Shown here one piece after another: positions 36,076 to 44,933 of a DNA stretch of 64,000 bases. Source of the DNA: Alphaproteobacteria bacterium (GTDB lineage: Bacteria; Pseudomonadota; Alphaproteobacteria; UBA9219); assembly GCA_031291395.1 (NCBI GenBank), contig JARLJD010000138.1, forward strand, positions 3,860 to 67,859. The letters run 5' to 3'. The notes under the pieces are model-generated. The model searched no databases and had not been told where the DNA came from. It saw only the letters and a program-made list of their open reading frames with translations. The position numbers and the translations under genes were made by a program. The stretch's first letter is position 1. Each line of letters starts with the position of its first letter.

Positions 36076-38250
36076 TTACCGCATTGTTGTGTTTGAAGCC
36101 TTATCCAGCGCCTTCAAAACATCCTCCCGCGTTAACAATTCCGGCAGCACAATCCCCTGTTTCGCCTTTGGCCCGAACACGATGTTGAAGGGGATTCCAT
36201 AACGTCCGTATTGATGCAGAAGCTTGATCACGACCGGATCGGGATTGGTCCAGTCGGCTTGCATCGCCACGGCGTCGGAATGAAACAGGCGTAGGGCGAT
36301 CTCCGGCTTTGACAGAACGAAGGTCTTGTTCGCTTTGCAGGTTAGGCACCAATCGGCGGTGACATCGAGAAAAACGGTTTTGCCTTCGGCAATGTCGGCA
36401 TTCAGCGCGGCCTCGTCGAATTTTACCCACGCGCCATCGGTCTGCGGCTGCGCTTTCGGCATGTTTGCGCCGCTGATGCCCATGGCCAAAGCGGCGAAAC
36501 AAAGTGCGGCGAGACACGACAAAACGCGTTCGCGGCTCATCCCGCGTTTGCGCAAGGCCAGCAAAAGCTCAATCGCAATCATCAAAAAGCCAAAACTCAA
36601 AGCATAGGCCGTCGTGATCTGCGCCGCTAAAATCCCTATCAGCCACATCGCCGTTAGCGCGAGGGCAACACCGAGAAAACGGCGCAGCCAAAGCATCCAG
36701 CGACCCGGTTTGGGTAGCATCGTCGCGGCGCGTGGAAATGCCGCTATGGCGAGATAGGGCAGGGACATCCCCAATCCCAAACCCGCAAAAATGGCGACTA
36801 TGTCCCAACCGCCGGACGCCAGAGCGAATCCGATTGCCGTGCCGAGAAACGGCGCGGAGCAGGGAGTGGCCAACAGCGTCGCAAAAGCGCCGGTTGCAAA
36901 ATCGCCCGCCAGTTTGGGATGCCACGCGCTGTCCAGCGTATCGGCCAGAAAGCGCGGCAGCGGAATTTCAAACAATCCCCACAAATTGGCGGCAAAGAAA
37001 GTCAGCAACAGCACAAGGAACATCAAAAAAACCGGTTGTTGGAACTGAACGCCCCAGCCGATTTCTCCCCCCAAGTTTTTCAGCGCGGCCATAATGCCCG
37101 CCAGAGACAGGAACGAGAACAAAATTCCCGCCGCCGTCATCAGAAAGCTTTGCCGTACGCGGCGCGTCTCGCCGCCGCCGTGGCCGACGAGGCTGACGAT
37201 CTTAAGCGACAGAACCGGCAACACGCAAGGCATCAGGTTCAAAATGAAACCGCCCAAAAGCGCGAACAGAAACGCCGGAAAAAAAAGCGTTGCTGAAGCC
37301 CCTCTCCCCCCGCTTGGGGGGAGAGGGGTTGGGGTGAGGGGGGCGGCGGGTTTATATTCTCCACCGCCCCCCTCATCCTGACCCTCTCCCCCCAAAAGGG
37401 GGGAGAGGGAATCTGCCTGCTTGGAAACCAAAACATTTTTAATCTCCACCGCCCGATCGCCACTTGTGATCGTCAGAGTCAGCGGCAATTTGTCCAGTGT
37501 CACGCCCGCGGGAAGCTTGTCGAGCGGCTTGATTTTCAAGGTCGCCTCGGTGCCGGACGGCGCAAGCGTGACTTCGGGCGCGCTGAAGCCGATCTCCTTG
37601 TCGTTTTCGACAAAAACATCCGGCTGCGTCATCGCCTCGCGCGAGGCGATGGAGAGCGTCAGGCTTTGCCCGTCGCTTGTAATGTTTTTTAAGAAAATGC
37701 CGGAACTTTTTGAATCCGTTGGAACTTTAGCGCGCGCTTGACGTAAAAGATCGGCTTCGGCGCTGTCCCGCGCCGCGCCCGCCGGAACGGTCAGCTTCAA
37801 GTCGAAATGCTTGGGCACGCACATCGAACTGCACACAAGAATATCGGCCGAGACTTCGGCGTTCAAACCTTGCCCCGCTTTGCGCAAAACCGCGTCGATG
37901 GGGAAAATCACATGATCGCGATAGCCGATCGTCTCCATCCCAAAGGCGGTATAGCGGCGCGGGGCGGGATACAGTAGCGTTGCGGACTGCAAATTATTCG
38001 CATCGTTTTGGCTGCGGTTCCAATCCAATTGCGGCGGCAGCCCCGCTTCTCCGGGCGAGCGCCAATAGGTATGCCAGCCGTCTTTCAGCTCCAGCTCCAG
38101 CCCTAGAGGCACCGTCGCGTTTGTGCCCACGGCATCGCTGCTGGAAATCAGCCTCGCTGCCACGGCATCGTCTTGTACCCACCCTCCGCACAAGGCAAGA
38201 GCCTGTGCGGGGAGAAGCAGAAGCAGCGCGGCGAGAAAAAAACGGAGCAT
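36076..38250 (-). CDS. dsbD: thiol:disulfide interchange protein DsbD with an in-frame REP insertion in the linker; ORF extends to 38301
   Basis: signal peptide MLRFFLAALLLLLPAQALA with GAAGG RBS; central TM domain LMPCVLPVLSLK; C-terminal thioredoxin ADWCLTCKANK; inserted peptide [32 protein letters not shown]. Confidence 0.85.
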   Translation of the reverse strand: MLRFFLAALLLLLPAQALALCGGWVQDDAVAARLISSSDAVGTNATVPLGLELELKDGWHTYWRSPGEAGLPPQLDWNRSQNDANNLQSATLLYPAPRRYTAFGMETIGYRDHVIFPIDAVLRKAGQGLNAEVSADILVCSSMCVPKHFDLKLTVPAGAARDSAEADLLRQARAKVPTDSKSSGIFLKNITSDGQSLTLSIASREAMTQPDVFVENDKEIGFSAPEVTLAPSGTEATLKIKPLDKLPAGVTLDKLPLTLTITSGDRAVEIKNVLVSKQADSLSPLLGGEGQDEGGGGEYKPAAPLTPTPLPPSGGRGASATLFFPAFLFALLGGFILNLMPCVLPVLSLKIVSLVGHGGGETRRVRQSFLMTAAGILFSFLSLAGIMAALKNLGGEIGWGVQFQQPVFLMFLVLLLTFFAANLWGLFEIPLPRFLADTLDSAWHPKLAGDFATGAFATLLATPCSAPFLGTAIGFALASGGWDIVAIFAGLGLGMSLPYLAIAAFPRAATMLPKPGRWMLWLRRFLGVALALTAMWLIGILAAQITTAYALSFGFLMIAIELLLALRKRGMSRERVLSCLAALCFAALAMGISGANMPKAQPQTDGAWVKFDEAALNADIAEGKTVFLDVTADWCLTCKANKTFVLSKPEIALRLFHSDAVAMQADWTNPDPVVIKLLHQYGRYGIPFNIVFGPKAKQGIVLPELLTREDVLKALDKASNTTMR
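37297..37413. repeat. REP/MITE family-1 copy inserted in frame within dsbD
   Basis: gcccctctccccccgcttggggggagaggggttggggtgagggggg ... cccccctcatcctgaccctctccccccaaaaggggggagagggaatc. Confidence 0.65.
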
Positions 38251-38340
38251 GACGACCTTCGGATAATTTACGCTATCAATAAATCGCAAGTTGAGCCACA
38301 ATAGGCAAGAGCGAATTGTTTTGTCATTCTCAAGTCGCGG

Positions 38341-38456
38341 GGGATTCCCTCTCCCCCTCTTGGGGGGAGAGGGTTAGGGTGAGGGGGGACTCGGGAATTA
38401 TATCCGAACCGCCCCCCTCACCCCGACCCTCTCCCCCCAAGAGGGAGGAGAGGGAG
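38341..38456. repeat. REP/MITE family-1 reference copy (intergenic, dsbD/yqgE divergent region)
   Basis: gggattccctctccccctcttggggggagagggttagggtgagggggg - loop - cccccctcaccccgaccctctccccccaagagggaggagagggagtc; outer arm is itself a palindrome. Confidence 0.7.
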
Positions 38457-38499
38457 TCGCGCCCAAGCTTGGACGTTACACCTTCTCCGGACAAAGTTT

Positions 38500-39117
38500 A
38501 TGAAAGACATCGTGTCACGCATAAAAAAAATCGGCGGTTGGGGCGCTAAATTGCCGGTCGAGCCGCGCTGGCTGACGGGGCAGTTTCTGGTCGCGATGCC
38601 GGGCATGGCCGACCCGCGTTTTTCGCGCACCGTGATTTATGTGTGCTCGCACGGGCCCAGCGGCGCGATGGGACTCGTTATCAACCGCTTGTTCGGCGAG
38701 GCGGATTTCCGCATGCTTTTAGAACAATTGAACGTCGAAAGCGTGTTTCCTACGCCGGATATTCCCGTGCAGTTCGGCGGGCCGGTCGAAATGGGGCGCG
38801 GCTTTGTTTTGCATTCCAGCGAATATCTGCGCGAAGGCACGACCCGCATAGACGATTTCGTCGCCATTACCGCGACGGTCGAAATCATTCAGGATATCGC
38901 GGACGGCAAAGGCCCCGACCGCATTTTGATGGCGCTGGGCTATGCAGGCTGGGGCGCGGGGCAACTCGAGGAAGAACTGAAAGGCAACGGCTGGCTGACC
39001 GTCGCGGCGGACGAAAATATTTTGTTCGATTTTGATCTCGACTCCAAATGGGATCGCGCCATGGCCAAAATCGGCATCAGCCCAGCCATGCTGTCGGACA
39101 CGGCGGGACATGCGTGA
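38500..39117 (+). CDS. yqgE: UPF0301 protein YqgE/AlgH family
   Basis: 205 aa; FLVAMPGMADPRFSRTVIYVCSHGPSGAMGLVINR signature of the YqgE/AlgH family. Confidence 0.8.
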   Translation: MKDIVSRIKKIGGWGAKLPVEPRWLTGQFLVAMPGMADPRFSRTVIYVCSHGPSGAMGLVINRLFGEADFRMLLEQLNVESVFPTPDIPVQFGGPVEMGRGFVLHSSEYLREGTTRIDDFVAITATVEIIQDIADGKGPDRILMALGYAGWGAGQLEEELKGNGWLTVAADENILFDFDLDSKWDRAMAKIGISPAMLSDTAGHA

Positions 39118-39169
39118 GGGGCGCATACATCTTTGCTTATGGGCCGATTAATAATGAAAGCGTATTTTC

Positions 39170-40066
39170 ATGCGATTGCGTCAGAATCTTTGGCTTTTGA
39201 ATTTTTCTTTGCCTGCCGAGGCGGCGGAATTTTTTGGGGATGTTTTGGGGGAGGGGGCTGTTGCGGTCTCGGTTATGGCTCCGCCGCGCAAAGCCCTCGC
39301 GCAGGTTGAGGCGATTTATAATTTTGAGCCGGACAACGGCGAAACGGCGATGCGGCTTGCCCTTTTGGCTGCTGCTTGCGGGGTGGGAGCTCCGGCGTTT
39401 ACGATCCGGCCTTCGCCTGATCTTGATTGGCTTAAAAAGGTGGCCGCGGATTTTCCACCGCTTCGGATTGCGCGGTGGACTGTGCATGGGGCGTTGCATC
39501 GCGGCAAGGTTCAAAATCGTTTGCGGGCGTTGCAGATCGACGCGACCAATGCGTTCGGCACGGGCGAGCATCCGACGACGCGCGGGTGTTTGCTGATGCT
39601 CGATCGGGTTTTGACGTCAGGGTTTCGTCCGCGCCGGATGGCCGATATCGGGTGCGGTTCCGGCATTCTGGCTATGGCTTGCGTTCAGGCGACGCGGTGT
39701 CGTGCCGTGGGCGTCGACCTCGATCCGGATTCGGCGCAGATTGCGGCGGGGAATGCGCGCGTGAATGGGCTTGGCTGGAAAATGCGCGTGGGCGCGGGGC
39801 GCGGTTATGCGGCGGCGCTGGTTCGCCGCGAGGCTCCCTATGATCTGATCATGGCCAATATTTTCGCGCGGCCGCTCTGCCGGATGGCTGCGGATTCGAA
39901 GAGAAATTTGCGCCCGGGCGGGATTGCGATACTCTCGGGGTTGTTGACGTCGCAGGCCAATATGGTTATCGCCGCGCATCGGATGCAATCTCTGGCCTTG
40001 ATCGGTCATGAGAAAATCGGCGAGTGGTCGGTGCTTGCGTTGAGGCGTTCACACAGGGCAGGATAG
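39170..40066 (+). CDS. prmA: ribosomal protein L11 methyltransferase PrmA
   Basis: 298 aa; FGTGEHPTTRGCL, DIGCGSGILAMA SAM-binding motif. Confidence 0.85.
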   Translation: MRLRQNLWLLNFSLPAEAAEFFGDVLGEGAVAVSVMAPPRKALAQVEAIYNFEPDNGETAMRLALLAAACGVGAPAFTIRPSPDLDWLKKVAADFPPLRIARWTVHGALHRGKVQNRLRALQIDATNAFGTGEHPTTRGCLLMLDRVLTSGFRPRRMADIGCGSGILAMACVQATRCRAVGVDLDPDSAQIAAGNARVNGLGWKMRVGAGRGYAAALVRREAPYDLIMANIFARPLCRMAADSKRNLRPGGIAILSGLLTSQANMVIAAHRMQSLALIGHEKIGEWSVLALRRSHRAG

Positions 40067-40070
40067 CAGC

Positions 40071-41864
40071 ATGATAAATTCCATCTTTTCCGAACGACTC
40101 TCATCCCTGCGGCGCGAGATTGAATCTGCGGGATTCGACGGCTTTCTTGTGCCTATGGCGGATGAGTATCAGAGCGAATATGTTCCGCCTTGCGCGCGGC
40201 GGGTCGCGTTTTTGTCGGGGTTTAGCGGGTCAGCCGCTTATATTGTCGTGCTGAAGGATCGCGCGGGGTTTTTTACGGACGGGCGGTATACGTTGCAGGC
40301 GGCGCAGCAGGTATCCGGCGAGCTTTTTTCTTTATTCAACTGCGCGGAAAAACCGCCTTTGGCGTGGCTGGAGGAAAATGTCGGGAAAGGCGCGCGGATC
40401 GCCTATGATCCGTGGCTGCATCCGAGCGAGGGGATAGAGCGGTTGAAGAAGGCGCTGGCCAAGGTCGGCGCGGATGCTGCGCCGGTCGCGCGAAATCTTG
40501 TCGATGTGATTTGGGAAGATCGCCCTGCAGCGCCGCTTGAACCCGTTGTCGCGCATGATCTTGCGTATGCGGGGAAAAGTTCCGCCGATAAGAGGCGGGA
40601 GATTGCCGAGGCGTTGAAAAAGAAAAATCTTGCGGCGGCCGTCATCACCGACGCGGCTTCGGTCGCGTGGCTTTTGAATGTGCGCGGGCGCGATGTCGCG
40701 CATACGCCTTTGCCGCTCAGCCGCGCCGTGGTGAAGGACGACGCAAGCGCGTTGTGGTTTGTCGATGCGCGGAAGGTGCCGGATGGGCTGCCCGCGCATT
40801 TGGGCGACCCAGTGTCGATTTTGCCGCCGGAGGATTTTCCGGCGGCGCTGGGGAATTTGGCGCGGGCAGGCAGGGGGATTCTTCTCGATCCCGCGAATGC
40901 GCCGAGTTGGATCGGGGATTATTTGCGGGAAGTTGGGGGAGAGATCGAAAAAGACAAGGATCCTTGCGCTTTGCCGCGGGCGATCAAGAATGATGTGGAA
41001 CTTGCGGGCATGCGCGCGGCGCATCGGCGGGACGGCGCGGCTTTGACGAAGTTTTTGGCTTGGCTGGACAAGCATTGGGAAGGCGGTCTGACGGAACTTG
41101 AGGCCGAGGATAAACTGGCGGCGTTTCGCGAGGCCGATGATAAATATCGCGGGCCGAGTTTCGACACGATCTCAGGCGCGGGCGAACACGGGGCGATTGT
41201 GCATTACCGCGCGACGCGCGAGAGCAATGCGCGGTTGATGCGGGGGCAGCTTTTCCTGCTCGACAGCGGCGGGCAGTATCTTGACGGCACGACGGATGTC
41301 ACGCGCACCGTCGCGCTCGGCGAGCCTTCGGCGGAGATGCGCGATCGGTTCACGCGCGTGTTGAAGGGACATATTGCGCTGGCCTCGGCGCGGTTTCCCG
41401 ACGGCACGGCGGGGGGCGATCTCGATGCGTTGACGCGACAATTTTTGTGGGCGCAGGGGCTTGATTACGGTCATGGAACCGGTCACGGCGTGGGCTGTTA
41501 TTTGGGCGTACATGAGGGGCCGCAGGCGATTTCCAGACGTAACAAAGTGCCGTTGAAGCCGGGGATGGTTTTGTCGAACGAGCCCGGTTTTTACAAGGCG
41601 GGGCATTACGGTATTCGGATTGAGAATTTGCAGGCGGTTGTGGAGGTTGCCGGTTTGGCGGGCGGCGAGCGCAAAACTTACGGTTTTGAAACGCTGACGC
41701 TTGCGCCGCTGGATCGCAAGTTGATCGAGATTGGTTCGTTGAGCAGGGACGAAGTGAAATGGATTGACGCGTATCACCGGCGCGTGAGGGAAGAGTTGCA
41801 GGGGATGCTGGATGAGGAGACGCGGGGGTGGTTGGAGGAGGAGACGAGGTTGATAGAGAAATGA
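40071..41864 (+). CDS. Xaa-Pro aminopeptidase (aminopeptidase P, M24B)
   Basis: 597 aa; N-terminal creatinase-like domains; C-terminal HGTGHGVGCYLGVHEGP and SNEPGFY pita-bread motifs. Confidence 0.85.
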   Translation: MINSIFSERLSSLRREIESAGFDGFLVPMADEYQSEYVPPCARRVAFLSGFSGSAAYIVVLKDRAGFFTDGRYTLQAAQQVSGELFSLFNCAEKPPLAWLEENVGKGARIAYDPWLHPSEGIERLKKALAKVGADAAPVARNLVDVIWEDRPAAPLEPVVAHDLAYAGKSSADKRREIAEALKKKNLAAAVITDAASVAWLLNVRGRDVAHTPLPLSRAVVKDDASALWFVDARKVPDGLPAHLGDPVSILPPEDFPAALGNLARAGRGILLDPANAPSWIGDYLREVGGEIEKDKDPCALPRAIKNDVELAGMRAAHRRDGAALTKFLAWLDKHWEGGLTELEAEDKLAAFREADDKYRGPSFDTISGAGEHGAIVHYRATRESNARLMRGQLFLLDSGGQYLDGTTDVTRTVALGEPSAEMRDRFTRVLKGHIALASARFPDGTAGGDLDALTRQFLWAQGLDYGHGTGHGVGCYLGVHEGPQAISRRNKVPLKPGMVLSNEPGFYKAGHYGIRIENLQAVVEVAGLAGGERKTYGFETLTLAPLDRKLIEIGSLSRDEVKWIDAYHRRVREELQGMLDEETRGWLEEETRLIEK

Positions 41865-41899
41865 GTGAATTTTTCTTCACGACGATTTAGAAAAAACAA

Positions 41900-42039
41900 T
41901 CGTCATTCCGGCGAAAGCCGGAATCCAGCGCGAGCGATAGCGAGCATATGAGTCAACGGAATTTCAATTTGAATCGCAGCCGGACTCTTGTGCCGCGCAG
42001 ACGCGCGGCGCTGGATTCCGGCATTCGCCGGAATGACGA
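41900..42039. mobile_element. MITE family-2 full-length copy (inverted relative to the 28119 copy) upstream of thrC
   Basis: tcgtcattccggcgaaagccggaatccagcgc ... gcgctggattccggcattcgccggaatgacga perfect ~32-bp TIRs; internal gactcatatgctcgctatcgctcgc matches the reverse complement of the 28119 copy. Confidence 0.7.
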
Positions 42040-42058
42040 ATCTTGGGGATTATAGAAA

Positions 42059-43444
42059 ATGAACATGCGCTTTCACAGCACACGCGGCCTTGCGCCGGAA
42101 ACCGATCTTCGCGGCGTCGCTCTTTCGGGGCTTGCGCCTGATGGCGGGCTTTATTTGCCAAAGATATGGCCGCAGTTTTCAACTGACGATCTTCACGCGA
42201 TGCGCGGCGAGACGTATCAGCAAATTGCGTTTCGCGTGCTTCGGCCTTTTATGCAGGGCGCGATGCCGGAGGATATTTTACGCGGGATTATCGAGAAATC
42301 CTATGCGGCGTTCGATGCGGCGGAGGTGACTCCTATGCGTAAACTTGGCGCGGATTGCCACCTTTTGGAACTGTTCCACGGCCCGACTTTGGCGTTCAAG
42401 GATGTTGCGTTGCAATTTCTCGGCCATTGTTTTGAGTATTTTTTGCAGGATTCCGGTCGGCACCTGACGATCGTCGGCGCGACGTCGGGCGATACGGGAT
42501 CGGCGGCGATCGCGGCTTTGGCGAACCGCAAAAATATTGATGTGTTTATCCTGTATCCCGACAAGGGGCCGAGCGAAATTCAGCGTCGGCAGATGACGTG
42601 CGTCGATGCGGCAAACGTTCACGCGCTTGCGGTGACGGGGACTTTCGACGACTGTCAGGGGATTGTGAAAGCCCTATTCGCCGACGCGCGGTTGCGCGAG
42701 GAGGAAAATCTCAGCACCGTCAATTCGATCAACTGGCTGCGCATTATGGCGCAGATCGTTTATTATTTTGTCGCCGCGCAGAAGGTCGAGGGCAAGCCGA
42801 CCTTCGTCGTGCCGACGGGAAACTTCGGCGATGTTTTCGCGGGCTATGCGGCAATGAAATGCGGCCTGCCTGTCGGCAAGCTGGTTGTCGCCAGCAACAG
42901 AAACGACATTTTGACGCGTTTTTTCGCCACTGGGCGCATGTCGCCGCAGGGCGTGAAGGGGACGCTTAGCCCCAGTATGGATATTCAGATCAGCAGCAAT
43001 TTCGAGCGGCTTCTGTTCGATTTATGCGGCCAAGACGCGAAGCAAGTGCGCGGCCTGATGTGCGATCTGAAAGACAAAAACGGGTTTTCGGTTTCGGACA
43101 AACAGTTAAGGCAAGCGCAGGAGATTTTTGTCGCCGGACGCGCCGACGATGAGGAAACCTTGGCGACGATTGCGGATGTGTATGATAAATATGGCTATGT
43201 GCTTGATCCCCATACGGCGGTCGGAGTGAAAGTCGCGCGGGATCTGGCGTTGCCACAGCCGGTTATTTGTTTGGGTACGGCGCATCCGGCGAAATTTCCG
43301 GATACGATTCAAAGGGCTATCGGCTTAACGCCGTCGCTGCCCGCGAAAACAGCGATCTTGATAAACAAGCCGGAACGCACCATCTTGTTACCAGCTTCGA
43401 CGGAGCGCGTTGTTGCGTTTATGAGAGAACGAAAGAAATCATGA
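42059..43444 (+). CDS. thrC: threonine synthase ThrC
   Basis: 461 aa; HGPTLAFKDVALQFLG PLP-lysine motif, long-form ThrC architecture. Confidence 0.9.
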   Translation: MNMRFHSTRGLAPETDLRGVALSGLAPDGGLYLPKIWPQFSTDDLHAMRGETYQQIAFRVLRPFMQGAMPEDILRGIIEKSYAAFDAAEVTPMRKLGADCHLLELFHGPTLAFKDVALQFLGHCFEYFLQDSGRHLTIVGATSGDTGSAAIAALANRKNIDVFILYPDKGPSEIQRRQMTCVDAANVHALAVTGTFDDCQGIVKALFADARLREEENLSTVNSINWLRIMAQIVYYFVAAQKVEGKPTFVVPTGNFGDVFAGYAAMKCGLPVGKLVVASNRNDILTRFFATGRMSPQGVKGTLSPSMDIQISSNFERLLFDLCGQDAKQVRGLMCDLKDKNGFSVSDKQLRQAQEIFVAGRADDEETLATIADVYDKYGYVLDPHTAVGVKVARDLALPQPVICLGTAHPAKFPDTIQRAIGLTPSLPAKTAILINKPERTILLPASTERVVAFMRERKKS

Positions 43445-44703
43445 CCATACAAATCACGGAACTGGATAACGGCCTACGGATCGCGACCGATACGATGGAG
43501 GGCGCGGAGAGCGTCGTGCTGGGCGCGTGGGTCGGCGTCGGGACGCGGCACGAGCCGTGGAGGGCCAACGGCGTCGCGCATCTGGTCGAGCATATGATGT
43601 TCAAGGGGACGAAGACGCGGTCTTCCTACGCGCTGTCCTCGGCAATCGAGAACAAGGGCGGCGACATGAACGCGCACACCTCGCGCGAGGAGACGGCCTA
43701 TTACGCGCGGGTTTTGCCAGAGGAAGCTGAAAACGCGATTGATATTATCTCCGACATGCTGCGCCATTCTGTTTTTGCGCCCAAGGAATTGGATCGCGAA
43801 CGGCAGGTGGTCATTCAGGAAATCGGGCGCGATCTGGATTCGCCCGAAGATTACGTGTTCGACCTGATGCATCTGTTGGCGTTGCCCGGGCAGAAAATCG
43901 GGCGGTCGATTTTGGGAACCGCCGACGTCATCGCCGCTTTGCCGCGCTCCGCTATCGCCGATTATGTGGCGCGTTATTATGTGGCGGCGAATATGGTCGT
44001 GGTGGCGGCGGGGAAAATCACGCACGAAGCTTTCGTCGCCATGGTCAAAAAGCGTTTCGCCGGATTGCCGCGCGGCAAGAAGCCGGTTTCAGAGCAAACC
44101 CGCGTCGCTTCCGGCGCGAAGCTCTCGCCGAAGGAAATCGAGCAGGTGCATTTGATTTTGGGCTTCGCCGGGCCGGGCTATCATGCGCGGGCTTCTTATT
44201 ATGCGACGCAGGTTCTGTCGCTGATTCTGGGCGGCAGCGCGTCCTCGCGCCTGTTTCAGAAAGTGCGCGAGAAGCGCGGGCTTGTCTATACGATTAACTC
44301 GGCGCATATGGCGTTCAGCGACGCCGGCATTTTCCAGATCTATGCCGGAACGGACCCCAAGCGGCTGCGCGAACTCGTTCCCGTCGTTTGCGGCGAATTG
44401 GGCGACATCAGAAAGAACGTGACGCGCGGCGAGTTGGCGCGCGCCAAGGCGCAGGTCAGAGCCGATTTGCTGATGGGCAAAGAAAGCGTCATGCGCCGCG
44501 CCGAAATCATGGGGCATCAAATCCTCGCCTATGGCAAGCCGATACCGGCGGAGAAGATTCTAGAGCGTCTGTTGGCGGTCACGCCGGAAGACGTGCAAAA
44601 CGCGGCGCGGAAAGTGTTCGCGAAAAAGCCGATTCTCACGGCGCTGGGGCCGCTGGAGGAACTGGAGGATTATGGAGGGATTGCAGCGAGATTGAAGGAG
44701 TAG
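43441..44703 (+). CDS. M16-family zinc peptidase (insulinase/PqqL-like); ATGA start/stop overlap with thrC; ORF begins at 43267
   Basis: HXXEH motif GVAHLVEHMMFKGTKTRSS, paired M16 N and C domains. Confidence 0.8.
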   Translation: MTIQITELDNGLRIATDTMEGAESVVLGAWVGVGTRHEPWRANGVAHLVEHMMFKGTKTRSSYALSSAIENKGGDMNAHTSREETAYYARVLPEEAENAIDIISDMLRHSVFAPKELDRERQVVIQEIGRDLDSPEDYVFDLMHLLALPGQKIGRSILGTADVIAALPRSAIADYVARYYVAANMVVVAAGKITHEAFVAMVKKRFAGLPRGKKPVSEQTRVASGAKLSPKEIEQVHLILGFAGPGYHARASYYATQVLSLILGGSASSRLFQKVREKRGLVYTINSAHMAFSDAGIFQIYAGTDPKRLRELVPVVCGELGDIRKNVTRGELARAKAQVRADLLMGKESVMRRAEIMGHQILAYGKPIPAEKILERLLAVTPEDVQNAARKVFAKKPILTALGPLEELEDYGGIAARLKE

Positions 44704-44825
44704 GCGGCCAGTTTGAATGGCTGGACGGTTTGTGCGATGCTCTGTTCACCTAATGGATGGGGGGGGTGCAGCTTGAATGCTGCTCCCCCTTTTATACCAA
44801 TCGCTCGATGAAATGACAGGCTAAG

Positions 44826-44930
44826 CAACATGAGCGGTAGACTCCCCTTCCCCTCGAGGGAAGGGGCGGGGGGATGGGGGGACGCACGAGCCGTATTCAT
44901 AAAGCATACACATTTTGCGGCCCCCCCCAA
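44826..44930. repeat. degenerate REP family-1 remnant downstream of gspE
   Basis: ctccccttcccctcgagggaaggggcggggggatgggggg ... ccccccccaacccc; arms recognisable but eroded. Confidence 0.35.
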
Positions 44931-44933
44931 CCC

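Noticed and set aside
40332-41777. Two minus-strand ORFs (247 and 201 aa) overlapping the aminopeptidase P gene
   Set aside because: Antisense shadow ORFs. The plus frame carries M24 catalytic motifs.
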